A stretch of 63,482 bases of DNA, the filler included, from Collodictyon triciliatum (lineage: Eukaryota): NCBI GenBank assembly GCA_043381765.1. It is 28 parts of 28 records of this genome, joined end to end, with 100 filler letters (N's around TTAATTAATTAA, not from the genome) between each part and the next. Parts side by side here need not be neighbours in the genome. Positions count along the whole stretch, not along the records: positions 25,035 to 27,206 come from JBHJMP010009363.1; positions 27,307 to 29,478 come from JBHJMP010009364.1; positions 29,579 to 31,749 come from JBHJMP010009365.1; positions 31,850 to 34,019 come from JBHJMP010009366.1; positions 34,120 to 36,289 come from JBHJMP010009367.1; positions 36,390 to 38,559 come from JBHJMP010009368.1; 22 more parts are not named here. One strand, written 5' to 3'. Below are positions 25,035 to 38,403 of the stretch, in pieces. A program made the position numbers and the translations under genes. How positions within the stretch are numbered: position 1 is the first letter of the stretch; every line of letters starts with the position of its first letter. A model generated the notes under the pieces. The model was not told the DNA's origin. It was given only the letters and a program-made list of their open reading frames with translations, and did not search any database.

Positions 25035-27206
25035 TATCGTTCAACGGACAAGCAATCAACACCGTCCCGTTTTCTCTCGGCACATCAAAGTCTGTCAGCT
25101 TTGTGAACTCCGCATACTCTTTCGGCAACCCATACACCACGTTCACGTTTACAGCGAACGACGGCAAGGCAGACTCTCCCGCCTCGACCGTAACGATTTC
25201 AGTCGTGCACGTGAACCATGCGCCTGTGAGCACAATCTCATCCAATCCTATCCAAACCAACCGATACACCCCGACATCATTCAGCATCACCCCCAACGAC
25301 TACGATGCAGGAGACCAAGTCAAGGTGCAGTTTACGATTCCCAGCGGATTCCTCGGCACGCTGAGCATCGGAGGCGCACCAATCACCAACGGATATACCA
25401 CACCGCTTGGTGCATCGCAAAGCGCTGTGTCTGTAGTGTACACACCACCGCCTGCAGGAGCAGCGAAAGACTACGGAAACAACCTCGACGCCTTCTCGTA
25501 CACGGTGATAGACAACAGCAATCTAGCATCGACGGCTGCCAGCGTATCAACAAATGTAGGGTTTGTTGCACGAAATCCAGTGATGTCGTCCAATCCTAGC
25601 AGCATTTCGATACAAGAGCAACAACAACAAGCAACAACGGTAACGGCGAGCGACCTTGACGGACTGGCAATCACACTCATTGTCACAAGCGTGCCCACCA
25701 ACGGCAAGCTCTATCTCGCGGATAGCCAAGGTCAGGCCACAGGCAACGCACTGAGCAGCGGTCAAGTCATATCCACAAGCAGCGCGGGGAGCATCAGCAG
25801 TCAAATTGTTTATGTTGCACCCATTCCGTCATCTGCTTCTGTATCTCTTGGGGCAAACACCGACACATACACCCTGAGCACTCAGAACACCGCCAAGTCA
25901 TCAACCACAACCGTGAGTGTAGCTGTTGCAGACAAGAACTTTGCACCGTTTGTAAGCGCAACTGCACCAAGTATCACTATGCAATCATCGCAATCGACAC
26001 AGACAGCAATATTCACTGTCAGCGGTATCGACCCAGACAATGATATCATCAATGCAGTGGCCACAGCAGTCACACTGACAAGCGGCGTGACAGCAACCAG
26101 CGGTGGCATCAACATTGCAGCCAACACAGTACTTGTGCGGTCGACCAGTAACAGCAATACATGGCTCATTACAGTCGGAATACCCGCTCTCATGTACGGA
26201 CCAATTGCCACCATAACGGTGGTCACTCGCGACTCTTCGCAAGCATCGTCCACACCGCTTACACTTACACTTAGTGTGAGCCAGGTCAATTTTGCACCAG
26301 CAACCACAACCGCAACTACACCCGACTGCAACGAGGACAGCTTTGTCGATATACCACTGGGAGGCAAAGACGACAACCAAGATGCCATCACAGCATACAT
26401 ATCTCAGCTTCCATCAATCGGGACAATTACATATGGAGGCGCAGCTGTGACTACCAGCACACCACTTGTAATGACCAGTGGGTCGACCACTATCCGGTAC
26501 ACACCTCCGAAGCTCACGTATGGTAAACCCGTGACCACCTTCCGATACTATGTGTCTGACGGACAGCTTCGGTCGAACGAGCAAACACTATCAATCAACG
26601 TCAACCACGTCAACCACGCGCCCACAGCGACTATGCCGACAGCAGTCAGCACCAACCTGAATGTCGCAGCTTCTATTCTTATCAACGGACAAGATGTCGA
26701 CGTGGGTGACACCCTGAGCTTTTCCGTGACAGCACTGCCAACAAGAGCTAGCTCATCGCTGATGATGGGAAGCACTTCGATAGTCGCAAACACAAAGTAC
26801 ACCCTCCCATCCAACGGAGTAACGCTGACATACACGCCAGCAGCGAACCAGTTCTACACAGACCAAATCAGTGTACAAGTGATTGACAACAACCAAGCGG
26901 CTGACACAAAGACGGTGCCGATAGCCGTCAACTATGTCAACATCGCACCCGTATCTCAATCGCAAAGTGTCAGCACCAACGAAGACACACCGGTGACCGT
27001 CACACTAGCTGCGACAGACGCAAACGTGCCAGCTGAGACACTGACGTACACAATACGCACACTCCCATCCAAAGGCACGCTGTCGCTCAACGGACAAGCA
27101 ATCAACACCGTCCCGTTTTCTCTCGGTACATCAAAGTCTGTCAGCTTTGTGAACTCCGCATACTCTTTCGGCAACCCATACACCACGTTCACGTTTACAG
27201 CGAACG
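25035..27206 (+). CDS. Internal unit (2046 bp / 682 aa) of a giant Ig/cadherin-like repeat protein, paralog 2
   Basis: Open across the contig with the same six-domain order as paralog 1. The start (25041 onward) recurs at 27087 onward with a few substitutions, offset 2046 bp and in frame. Confidence 0.88.
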
Positions 27207-27306
27207 NNNNNNNNNNNNNNNNNNNNNNNNNNNNNNNNNNNNNNNNNNNNTTAATTAATTAANNNNNNNNNNNNNNNNNNNNNNNNNNNNNNNNNNNNNN
27301 NNNNNN

Positions 27307-28220
27307 CGCACACAAGATGCACAGCCAACCACAGCCGTCCTGAATAACAAAGGAAAATGGCGCTCACGCAGACCAATCTCATACGACATCCCGTCGCCAT
27401 TCTTTTTCCGCCTCAAGAACGAACGCTTGTCTAACGGTGCGCAGTCTACTCAGTTCTCGATGGCTATGGCCTACTCCAAATTCTATCTATACAAAATATC
27501 GACGCCGACACCCTACAAAAAGTCAAAGCGTCAACGACGGGGAGAAACACTGGGCATCACCCACACCCCGCTCACCGCGAGCTGGAGACAAGCACGAACC
27601 CCGCAAGTCCTTCCAAATCACCGCTCTCTAATGCTTAATATCACCAATAGGGAGCTATGGATAGGCACACGCGCGGCAAAAGCTGGCAAAGTCTCCCAAC
27701 AATGCACACTTTGCAGCAACGGTGATGAATCCATTGAGCACACATTTGTGCAATGTCCCTTCGCTCAAAACCTGCGTGAAACAGCCGGTGAGATTCTTCG
27801 ACTGACACTCAAGACGGCTGCGTTATTGGCCCAATCCAGGCGATATTTGGGCCTCTGCAACAGCTGCGTCCAGATGCAAAAACATTCTGGGCAGTGACGC
27901 GAGGCCATTTACTATGGACTATGTGGATAGCACGCATATACTCACGCAAAGCAAGACTCAACAACCCTAACCCATTCCTGATAACAGGCTGGATGACATC
28001 ACACAAATATCTTTCCTCAATAGCTTTCTTCGCCACCTGCACGTTCTCTACTACTCCGACCCCGTGAGAAGAGACATGTGGAAAGAGGCTGAGAAAGATA
28101 TTCAACCTCGCCTTGTCTCTCTAATGCGAGCACAAGACCCGGGCTACAGGCCAAAGCGCAGGATGCAATTCCTGATTACCGACTACTCCGCCATTTGGCC
28201 ACCAAATAAAGTCTATTAAA
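27307..28220 (+). mobile_element. Diverged second subfamily of the same LINE, 3' part, degenerate
   Basis: PSPFFFRLKN, FSMAMAYSK, NITNRELWIG and CTLCSNGDESIEHTFVQC align with the other copies. Contains frameshifts. Confidence 0.88.
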
Positions 28221-28598
28221 AAGGATACTGAAGAATCATAGCCCGAACTTTCTCACACTGTGAAAATAGAGTAAAGGAATTGTATAAAACAGAGGTGTGC
28301 TAATAAATTATGTTTATTTAGATATTTCAAGAGTTCAGCTAAGAGCTAAAATAAAAAATAAGGAACTTTGTCTTGTGAGTATTCCATTTTTTGGTTCAGT
28401 GGGGTTGAATGGGTTTTCTACTGCACCTCAACATAATTGCAGTGCTTTCGGTGCGAATCATATGCTTGAGCCGAGATAGGATACGGTTCAGCTCGGCATA
28501 AAATATGAATATTAATCTCACTCCTGTGCTCCATGAAAGCTCAAAATTAATTACTGTTAAGAAATTGCAGCTAAAATTGCCTCTAACCTGGAATCAAT

Positions 28599-28645
28599 CC
28601 CTTGTAAGGCACAACTCCGTAGCACTTTGGACTGAATAAAGGAAA
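28599..28645 (+). mobile_element. Older ~47-bp LINE 3'-end insertion (family A)
   Basis: cttgtaaggcacaactccgtagcactttggactgaataaaggaaaaa resembles the family A end. Flanked by aacctgga at 28585-28592 and 28646-28653. Confidence 0.55.
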
Positions 28646-29602
28646 AACCTGGATATATTATGATGCCAATGTCCCCGAATATTGAAAAGCACTCTGCCGC
28701 TTCGTTCTCATGGAAATGTATCTGAAGGTCGCACTTCACAAGAATAAGATTAATTTAGTGAATCAAGAAATGGTGGAAGAGATTATGTGTTTTATTCAGA
28801 TGCGAATTTTAAAAATTATGGCAGAACCAATTCAACTCCACGTAATAAAATAACACGAGACGCACAGAAAAGTGCAGATTGGAATAACTGGTAATTTATT
28901 TCTTTCCCCCTTAGGCCCTGTTGTATATAATTTGAGATCGATACCAAGCGGACCAAATATACAAATAATTTTGTATGTGTTTTGAGAAAATGTTAAAAAA
29001 TAGGTGTTACTGGTAGAAAGTCAGAGAAATAAGCGCCGGAATTGAAGAAGCTTTGTAAAGTAGATTGATTTTGTGTGAACGCTGGTACAGAACAACTGTG
29101 ATTGTGATGCATGTCCTGGCGCTGCTTTATTTCAACTACAAATGTGGTCTGCCTCGGTTCTTCAATTAGATAATTTATTAAACTGTTTGATACTGTAAAA
29201 TTTTTTTATCAGAAAGCCTCTTAGCGTCATTTAATATTCGACGAATTGCATTGAACGATGTCGGTATCATGAATATGTTTCATTCACTCACTGCTTTTAT
29301 TTGATGATATATAAATTCGACTGTTCTCAGCTGCTCACCATATAATTAAATTACGATAAGAGAACTGGCAATAAATATGGTTTTTGGAGGCAAAATCGAG
29401 CCAATTCAAATAAATTGGACAAGCTTGGACATTTTCGATAAATATCTGGAGAATTTGCGGCAAATGAGCCATAATCCCNNNNNNNNNNNNNNNNNNNNNN
29501 NNNNNNNNNNNNNNNNNNNNNNTTAATTAATTAANNNNNNNNNNNNNNNNNNNNNNNNNNNNNNNNNNNNNNNNNNNNAAATATATTCCACCATTAATAA
29601 TA

Positions 29603-29633
<31 letters not shown>

Positions 29634-29887
29634 CGTGACGAACCTTTTGACTCTTTACGATAAAAAGAAAATATCACAATCCAAAAAAAAAATATCAGAG
29701 GCATGAATCGCTGTTCTATGAAATAATGTGCTTGCATTATTAAGCAAGAGCAGACACCCGAATAAAATCAACCTTCATATAAAACCATTCACGAAGGAAA
29801 AAAAAAAAGGAAAAAAAAGGGAAAAAAAAAAAGTCAACCAAAATATTATTATAACTATATATAATCTCTCGTAAGCTACAAGAAGAA

Positions 29888-29968
29888 GACACTGTGGCCG
29901 AGTGGTTAAGGCGATAGACTTGAAATCTATTGGGATTTCCCGCACAGGTTCGAACCCTGTCAGTGTCG
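29888..29968 (+). tRNA. tRNA-Ser (anticodon TGA)
   Basis: Acceptor stem GACACTG/CAGTGTC, D-arm TGGCCGAGTGGTTAAGG, anticodon arm ATAGA-CTTGAAA-TCTAT, long variable arm, GTTCGAAC T-loop and a downstream T-run. Confidence 0.96.
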
Positions 29969-32011
29969 GTCTTATCTTTTGCCTGGCAGCCTGTCTTCTT
30001 TTTTATGCACCTGTCTCTTCATTTTGGTTTGTCTTGCGCACCGCTCGTATCTGGTGGTTAACAACAGGATTTCCTAATATTTCATCGTGCGATTATACAT
30101 GCCACAGGCGACCGATGTTTAAGATGGGCATTCTTTTGACTAATTCCATCCAATACCACTGAAGCATTATGCCCGAGCATACATTGAAATCAAAATGAAT
30201 ACAAAACAATTCAACTTAACAGAAAGACTTGGCGACGCACAAAATACGATATCAAAGCTTAATTATACTTTTTTCTCCGCCATCTGTTATTGCACCCCTT
30301 GCCACCATAATCCATATGGGCTTCTACAGCAGATATTGAGTTTCCCTCAACTCACAATTTGATGTCTTTGCTGACATTTGAAATAATCCACCCGACATAT
30401 GGCAAACTTTGATTCGACGCCGTTTCCTTCATGGAAAAGTATTTATATTTTGTTAAAAGTTCATACAGGGTTCTAAAGTGTGCATATGTCTTTAATGCAT
30501 CCCTTAAAGTCAGGGGAGTAGGTGCTCATGGGATTTTTCGTTCTTTCATTTGGAAGTAGGCAAATAGTTACATATATGCTACATCGGAGCATTCCCTCTC
30601 CTTGTCTCATGGTAACTCTGAAACAGTACCATCTCATACAGCGACCAATATGTATTCGGCCTTTTAATTTCTTTTTCTTTTTCTTTTCTTTTCTTTTCTT
30701 TTCTTTTTCTTTTTCTTTTTCTTTTCTTTTTCTTTTCTTTTTCTTTTTCTTTTTCTTTTCTTTTTTCTTTTTTTTCTTTTTTTCTTTTTTTCTTTTTTTC
30801 TTTTTTTCTTTTTTTTCTTTTTTTCTTTTTTTCTTTTTTTTCTTTTTTTCCTTTTCCTAGGAGAGTAGTGTTGAATGTTGGCTTTATTTAAAAGTAACCT
30901 CACGCGAATGGAAGAAAAGGCAGCGTCCCAAATATGATTCATAACTGAACTAATTTAAACTAATTGCTAATATTCACCTTGAGTATACAAGCAAGTATTG
31001 ACATAGGGTTGGTACTTGTCACTCACCATCATCTTTGTGAACAAATGTATGCAGACCGATTGAATCATGAAGCAAGGAACATTTTTTGGAATAGATAAAC
31101 AATACTGATTAAAATGCGTAGTGTTTGCTCTCGTTGAAAGTATTCGCCCAAGCAATGAATGAAAAATTGCTCGTTCTATTTCATATGAAGTATTCGACCC
31201 TGGAGTATGGGATGTGCTCGGCGTGAATTCAATCATAGTGTTTTCTTTGTATCTACTTGATTAGTGATGATATTTAGAAACAGAATGCTTTATGAGGGAG
31301 AGGAAACCATCGGGAGCGAAAGTAAAGCGATTAGTTTGTATCCGTGGCTTCTGAGAAACGGAAAAGAATGCAACCCGAAAAAATGGGTGAGCCATCGGGT
31401 TATACGGTTCTGCATATCGCTGCTATGCATCATCGCTCTCTGACTGCGTTTGTTTCACGCACCCTAATTTGCGTATCATGATTATTCGTTCTGAGCGAGC
31501 GAACATGTCTGTTTCGACACAAAGTAGTCGCCGCCAGCATCTGCTCCGCACTATACCGGTTGAAAGTGATTGAAGATTTTCTTGATTTCTGTCCTTCTGC
31601 TCTTCTCCTAGCTGCCTGAGCCTTTTCAACCTCGGATAGAATTAATCCATGCGTCTCTTATCAAGCCTCAAGGACCTCTCTTTTCCCTTTTTTCTTTTAT
31701 CTTTATCCCTGTTTTTCTTTTCTATCTCCCACACATCACCACCTACTTTNNNNNNNNNNNNNNNNNNNNNNNNNNNNNNNNNNNNNNNNNNNNTTAATTA
31801 ATTAANNNNNNNNNNNNNNNNNNNNNNNNNNNNNNNNNNNNNNNNNNNNTTTTTAAAAAAAAGATAATTAAGTATTGTAACTGCCCATGTCACCTATATT
31901 TTTTAAATCATATTTTATTTTATATTGGCTGCTTGTTTGTCGTTTGGTTGGATATTCTATTTGCGATATGTTTTTTTTTTTTTTTTTGGTTGTTTTTTTT
32001 TTTTTTTTTTT

Positions 32012-32054
<43 letters not shown>

Positions 32055-32219
32055 AATAGGTGATCAAGATATGGTAGTTGGGTGTTGCATAAGGAAGAAA
32101 AAAATGCGCTTGCAGATATCTTCATTGGACATAAATACATTCTGTCACCATGATTTTTTCTTTGGTTTTTATTCCTTTTCAAACAAGTATATGGTTTGTG
32201 TATTGTGTAAGGAAAATAA

Positions 32220-33785
32220 TTACGCACTCAGCGATGAAATGCGGGAGTGCATTCGAGTAACGCAATAGTAAGACCAACTAAACAAGAGAGCTCGGTTGGT
32301 TGGCTGCCATTCGGGTATGCGACTGGGCTCTACAATACCCTCATGAATTTCGTAAGCGATGGATGAGATATCACTAATAATCTCGAAAACAAGTTGAACA
32401 AAAATCTGATTCAAGCACTCTTCAAAACTGGAGACCGTCTGAAAATCGGTTGTCTTTGAAACTAGGGGGTAGAGAAAATACATGAGCAAAGGTGCAAGAA
32501 ACAATGAGTACGTCTCAGATGCAATATCATCAAAAGTGTGTCTGGAACGAAACACTATCATATCATGTACATGCTCTTCCTCTGTGGATTTCCTCTGATA
32601 TTTTGTTTCCTGTCGATTGCCGCTTGGTTCCAGGTCATTATGGATGGAGTTAAATGGGCGAACAACTGTTTTGATTGGGTTGTGAATATACTTGGAACAG
32701 AAAACTTCCCATCTAACATTCAATCGAAAGAATAATTTTGTTCGGTAGACAAATGAAACAGTCGATATAAATTCAATAAATGCGCCAGCAACATTGGTCA
32801 TTATAAACTCAAGAGACATTGCACTATTTGTCGAAATGTTTGAAACCAATATTCTGCCTATAAATTGAATGTAGTGATTGCATATTTTGTTGGAATTCAA
32901 AATCTTGTCGACTCCTTCCATGGACAAATTGAAAATTACTCTCGACTGGTACCATCTTGATATATTGAGGCATAAAGGAAATACGACGAAGCGGAATATC
33001 AGACGAACATAAAATGAGGAAGTCAGGTAGATGGGGAAAATGTTGAAAATAACAAAGTTTATAAAGAGAAACACCCCAACTAGCCCTTTGAACATTGCCC
33101 AAGCTGAACCATCCTTTGTTATTCTGTAGTACACCTCCATCTCTTCGCTCAAATGACTTGGTTTCTTTGCCTTTGTGATCAAATATGCACCCCATGCGAA
33201 AAAAATCAAGTCCAAAACGTTATTGATATTTGAAGAGTAGGAATGAGAACTCACCCCCGGAACAAGTGTGAATAGAAAATCCTTGGCCATGCAAGGGATA
33301 AGACCAAACATAATCGAGTTCATCGAAAAGGGCAGGCTAAATACTTGTACCATCATTATAATCATAGATGCCCAATAGAACAAAATCCAAGATGAGTTCA
33401 GCGTATATTTGTAAAGGAAGTTGTTTAGATAATCGAGTAAATCTGGAGTTAGAATTATTCCTGGAAGATAGTAGAGACTCATGACTATGATATTTGCAGA
33501 GAGTGGTAGATATATCCTTGCGAAGATGGTAAACCAAACAATCGTCGCTCTTTGGGCAGATTCCTTCCAAGTGTATCTTTTTGGAAGTATTTTCTGGAGC
33601 GTACCACCAACTTGATTGGCCGAGCCCCCTCGTTGAAGAACATCATCAAACATATTTATTTTTTGATCATCTACAGTTGCGATAGATTGTGGCAAAGTGC
33701 TTTGTAGTTGAGAATGCTCTGGAAGATCTGATGGTGCTGTGCATGCTGTTGGCGGGTTGCTGCTTTGATTTGTATGAAAGTCCAT
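32220..33785 (-). CDS. Intronless multi-pass membrane protein (~11 TM), paralog of 16544-17920, 521 aa
   Basis: Long clean ORF with collinear shared motifs (YRITKDG, FPIY, LIFRF, SRWYQ, NLSME, IGRILVSNISTN, FLAPLLMYFLYP, FQTVS, QIFVQLVFE, W.P.N). Confidence 0.85.
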   Translation of the reverse strand: MDFHTNQSSNPPTACTAPSDLPEHSQLQSTLPQSIATVDDQKINMFDDVLQRGGSANQVGGTLQKILPKRYTWKESAQRATIVWFTIFARIYLPLSANIIVMSLYYLPGIILTPDLLDYLNNFLYKYTLNSSWILFYWASMIIMMVQVFSLPFSMNSIMFGLIPCMAKDFLFTLVPGVSSHSYSSNINNVLDLIFFAWGAYLITKAKKPSHLSEEMEVYYRITKDGSAWAMFKGLVGVFLFINFVIFNIFPIYLTSSFYVRLIFRFVVFPLCLNISRWYQSRVIFNLSMEGVDKILNSNKICNHYIQFIGRILVSNISTNSAMSLEFIMTNVAGAFIEFISTVSFVYRTKLFFRLNVRWEVFCSKYIHNPIKTVVRPFNSIHNDLEPSGNRQETKYQRKSTEEEHVHDMIVFRSRHTFDDIASETYSLFLAPLLMYFLYPLVSKTTDFQTVSSFEECLNQIFVQLVFEIISDISSIAYEIHEGIVEPSRIPEWQPTNRALLFSWSYYCVTRMHSRISSLSA

Positions 33786-34163
33786 CTATGCAAGCGTGCT
33801 GTATGATAAAAATAGTATTGCATTTGAGAATTTTTCTTCAAAACCATACCCGTGTGTCTCTGTGGAGTTGATAAAATAGTGTAAAAGTAAAGATCCATTT
33901 TCTTTCGCCGTTTGTTTTTCCTTTTTTCTTTTTCCTTTTTTCTTTTTTCTTTTTTCTTTTTTCTTTTTTCTTTTTTCTTTTTTCTTTTTTCTTTTTTCTT
34001 TTTTCTTTTTTCTTTTTTCNNNNNNNNNNNNNNNNNNNNNNNNNNNNNNNNNNNNNNNNNNNNTTAATTAATTAANNNNNNNNNNNNNNNNNNNNNNNNN
34101 NNNNNNNNNNNNNNNNNNNAAGAAGGGGAGAGGACATCACTTTTATTTTAACGTAAATTTCTG

Positions 34164-34215
<52 letters not shown>

Positions 34216-34603
34216 TTCTTTCATATTTTCCTGCATTATACCGTTCAAATAAAATGGGGTTAGCTACTTACAAAAGAAAAGAACACATAATTCGATTATG
34301 TGAATGAAAATAATTTGGTTTTTGTTTCCAAAAAAAAAAAGCTTTAACTTTGGTTGAGTTTATTATGAAACACATCAAAGCACTTTTTATAAAAAAATAC
34401 TAGATTGTTCTGTTGACTTTCGGCATTCCAGGAAGGATAAATTAACTGCTTTAGTTTGTTAATAGGCGCATTTCAAGTAAATTCTTGTATGAATGAGATC
34501 ACAAAGGTACTTTAAGTTGAAAATTGGTCGACTTGGAATATTTTATTTCCGATTTGAAGAAAAAAATGTGATATGGTCAGCCCATTAGAGTAGAAGCTGT
34601 GCG

Positions 34604-35073
34604 TCAGAGTTTGGATGATGGATAGGTGATTGTGCAATAATAATTATAACAGGACAAGAACAATCAGTATTACTAATATAACAAAGAGGACGCATATAAT
34701 CCACAGCGAGCCTTTGTCTGTATGAAAAGAAAAAAATTGTCATCAAAATAGTATGGCATTTTTCCTCATTTTTTTATTTAACAAAGTATATACAGAGTAC
34801 AAAGAAAAACATGATGATTCGAAATATGCATCGACATACCCGATTCCTTGAGGAACTTGTTTACGCGCTCGAGTCCTACGGCTAGATTCCCTTCCGTATG
34901 ATCCACACCTTGCTCCACCTGGTCAATCAATTCATTTTGATCTTTCAGCTCCTTATTGATGGCCAGGCTCATGTCACTTATTCTTCCCACGACCCTTCCA
35001 AGCTCATCAAGTGCAAGGTCCTGTTGCTTCATTATTTGCTATTAAAAAATTCAAGAAACTGATTACGGAGAGA

Positions 35074-35154
<81 letters not shown>

Positions 35155-35981
35155 TAATCGCCGAGTTTTGCTGGGAGAGAAAAATATACAAGGAAACTAT
35201 GAAAAGAAAAGAGGAGAAGGAACCACAGTAAAAAAGATAGCATTGTTGCTTGTAAGTCCTTTTTTCATGTTATTGAAATGTACGTATTTATTTAACTGTT
35301 TTTTAATGTTCTTAGTGTATATCAGTCCTTCATCAATATTTGTTTGAAAAGTGGAAATAAGGAGGAGTGTCTGATGATTACTCCAGAATGAATTCTGGTC
35401 CCACCATACCTCCTGACGGTTCATCTGTGAGTCTATAAAGTTATCGTTCTCTTCATCGATAGCCTGCTGAATTCTTTGATATTTTCCTTGCATCGAGTTT
35501 TGCATTGGTGTCTGCAAAGTAGGTGAGAGTTTTTAAGTCGAAAAAATCTTAATTTTTCTTTCTTTTTTCTTTCGTTTTTAATGTTTTGCTCTTTTTTGTT
35601 TCATTTTTTTTCTCCGTTCTGCATCTTTCCGATTTTTCCTGCTTTTTAATGCTGTTTTCTTGTATTTTAATTTCTTTCATTTAGTTCATTTCCTTTTGCT
35701 TTTCCATTGTGCTTTTAACTCTTTTATTCAAGTCTGAATCTTTGGTAATATTTTTTTTAGACTTCTCTTCTTTAGCAATTTTTATTTTTTTTCTGATAAA
35801 AAAACAATCAAGATACAGACAAACTGGATTGACATTCACTCAACCACTCTTTTTACAAAGCCATAAACCTTTTAAAAGAGGTTAAATAATACAAGAAACA
35901 AATAAACAAAAAAAAGGGGAAAAAATTACACACCTCCTTCTTCGATCGCTCTGGCGTGAGTCCAAGTGAAGCACGGCTCAT
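34604..35981 (-). CDS. Qc-SNARE (syntaxin-6/8/Tlg1-like), multi-exon
   Basis: NDNFIDSQMNRQE|QIMKQQDLALDELGRVVGRISDMSLAINKELKDQNELIDQVEQGVD, with C-terminal TM LWIICVLFVILVILIVLVL. Confidence 0.85.
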
Positions 35982-36245
35982 GTCCGAAATATACCACACG
36001 ACTTTGGAGTCAGCGTCGCTGCAGCGCAATGACAGCAATTAAGTTGATTATTTTCGGAGTATAATATAGGTAAGTGAAGAAGGAAATGAGGAGGAAAATG
36101 GAGAATGGAGAAAGAAAAGAGGAAGAGAAAGAGGGGGGAAAAAAAAAAGAAAAGAAAAAGAGGACACCCGAGCAGCTCGTTTGTGTTCTACGCAGAGCAG
36201 CTTCTTTTTTTCTTTTTTTTCTTTTTTTTCTTTTTTTTCTTGTTT

Positions 36246-36289
<44 letters not shown>

Positions 36290-36568
36290 NNNNNNNNNNN
36301 NNNNNNNNNNNNNNNNNNNNNNNNNNNNNNNNNTTAATTAATTAANNNNNNNNNNNNNNNNNNNNNNNNNNNNNNNNNNNNNNNNNNNNATACATACATA
36401 CATACATACATACATACATACATACATACATACATACATACATACATACATACATACATACATACATACATACATACATACATACATTAAAACTTTATAA
36501 AAAGGTTTGTTGGTGTTATTTATCTGCATTCAAGCATACAGAGAGAAATGGATAAATGAGCTCCACAC

Positions 36569-38403
36569 CCGCCGACCAGATGACCATATCCTCAAAGAAG
36601 TTTGCCAAGTAAAGCTCTCGGATTGGATATGAAAGCTGTCGGAATTTGTTTGCTAGCTCGAAAGCTGAATTCTTTACCCTTTTAAAAAGATTCTATTGCA
36701 TTTGTATATTTTAGACAACCGGAAAAAATGGAGGCTTTAAAAGACAATATTTAAGAGAACGGGGAACACTCAAAGTAAAATGTGTACAATCGCATCAATG
36801 GAGCAGAATATCACTAACCTCATCTTCTAATTCATCTTCGCATTTTTGGCTCCACCCCGCACGGATATCGAGTTTGTACGGATCACCAAATATCTTTTCA
36901 AAGCGAGTTTGGATTAGCGAATGGAGAAATTCTTTCATGAGGCTGTCTCTCCACGAGAATTTGGGCATATTGGTATTTGTTGCTCCAAGAAGGGAATACT
37001 CGACCAAATACAATGAGAAAACAGAGACTGCGCGCAACTTTTTCGAGGCATCCCATTCCTGTTCAAAAGGCAATGGGGACATCCAAATGTCTGTCGTGGT
37101 TGTATATTCAAACGAATCGCACCATACATTTACTGATATTGAATTGTTTACTGCTTGGACATGATGGAACCAGTAAGGGGGTAAGTATAGAACATCACCA
37201 GGTCTCAAGTATGCCTGGTAATATCAAAATTTAAATCGTCCAAGAAAAATTACTTCCATACGTTTATAGAAAAAAATGATATGAAAACAGTAGCTGCAAC
37301 CGTGTGCAGATATATTTCAAACCTCATATATATCCACATTTTTGAACAGAGGCCAATCGGAAGGAACAAACTCATCGAACTTGATTTGAGACTGACGGTA
37401 CGAAGGATGTGACTTTGGATAGAGGTACATATGCTTGTGCTATATTTTAATGGTAGAGTGTGACAATAATTCGGACAGATATGCGTAATATAATAAATGA
37501 TTAAAACATGAATAATTAGAAAATAATATAAAATATTCATCAATAAAAGAAATAATTGATTCTTTGTATTTGAATGCGTCTTTTCATGCTAATGGATATT
37601 CACATTTTCCGGAGCGATAAGAAGAAATCTTTTTTCTCCAGATATTTGGACATAAAAATTGTGAAAACTGTCATAGTGAGCTTGAGCTGTGACACCACTC
37701 TGTCCGATCCACAGGTTTGTTACTTTTCCTTCTTGTGTATAAGCAAGAAAATCTGTGTCACCAATATCAGTTTGTAGTTGTGGAATTCGCTCCAAATTAC
37801 CCGAAAAATAAAAATAGGAAGGATTTTTCACCCCACTTTCATGCGTGGTACTCCTTTTGTTTTGATTTTCGTTTAGTTTTGTATGTCGCTCTATTTTGGA
37901 GAAGAAGGTTTCGGTATCAAGATCAGATACTTTAAAGGGAGTCTTCCACCGAATTGAACTCAGAGAAGACATAGGTTTGGATTCATCAAAATATAGGAAT
38001 GTTTTTTTGTGTCCCTCGTAAACAGACGGGAACGTGGCCACTTTTTCTTTGATATATGACTCGTTCCATAGTGAAAAGGCTGGCCACTTTTTTTGAATAC
38101 CTTCGATTTTAAGAATTGTCGGAATCCGTTCTCTAGCCATCTACTAAGGAATTTTTCATTACTTTACTGGTGGAAATGATGTTAATTTGACATAACCAGG
38201 TCAATTTCTAAGTTTATGATGAAAGTATATTCAGGTTTGGACTTTAAAGTGAACTCTGTGTAGAATGTGCTACAAAATAAACGATATGAAACAGATTCAT
38301 AATTAACCTTCATAGCGATAGTGTTTGTATCGTTTTCTTGAACCGTCAAGCGTTTCGTTGACGGGAAAGACTCTATATCGAAGTAATTCCTTGACCCAGG
38401 GAC
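36569..38403 (-). CDS. JmjC (cupin_8) 2-oxoglutarate/Fe(II) oxygenase, multi-exon, partial
   Basis: KWPAFSLWNESY, NLWIGQSGVTAQAHYDSFHNFYVQISGEKRFLL and LRPGDVLYLPPYWFHHV give the HxD...H triad. Confidence 0.93.

Noticed and set aside
29579-30100. tRNA-targeted retrotransposition as in Dictyostelium TRE elements
   Set aside because: I saw no LINE sequence flanking tRNA-Ser and no tRNA gene beside any LINE copy in this window.
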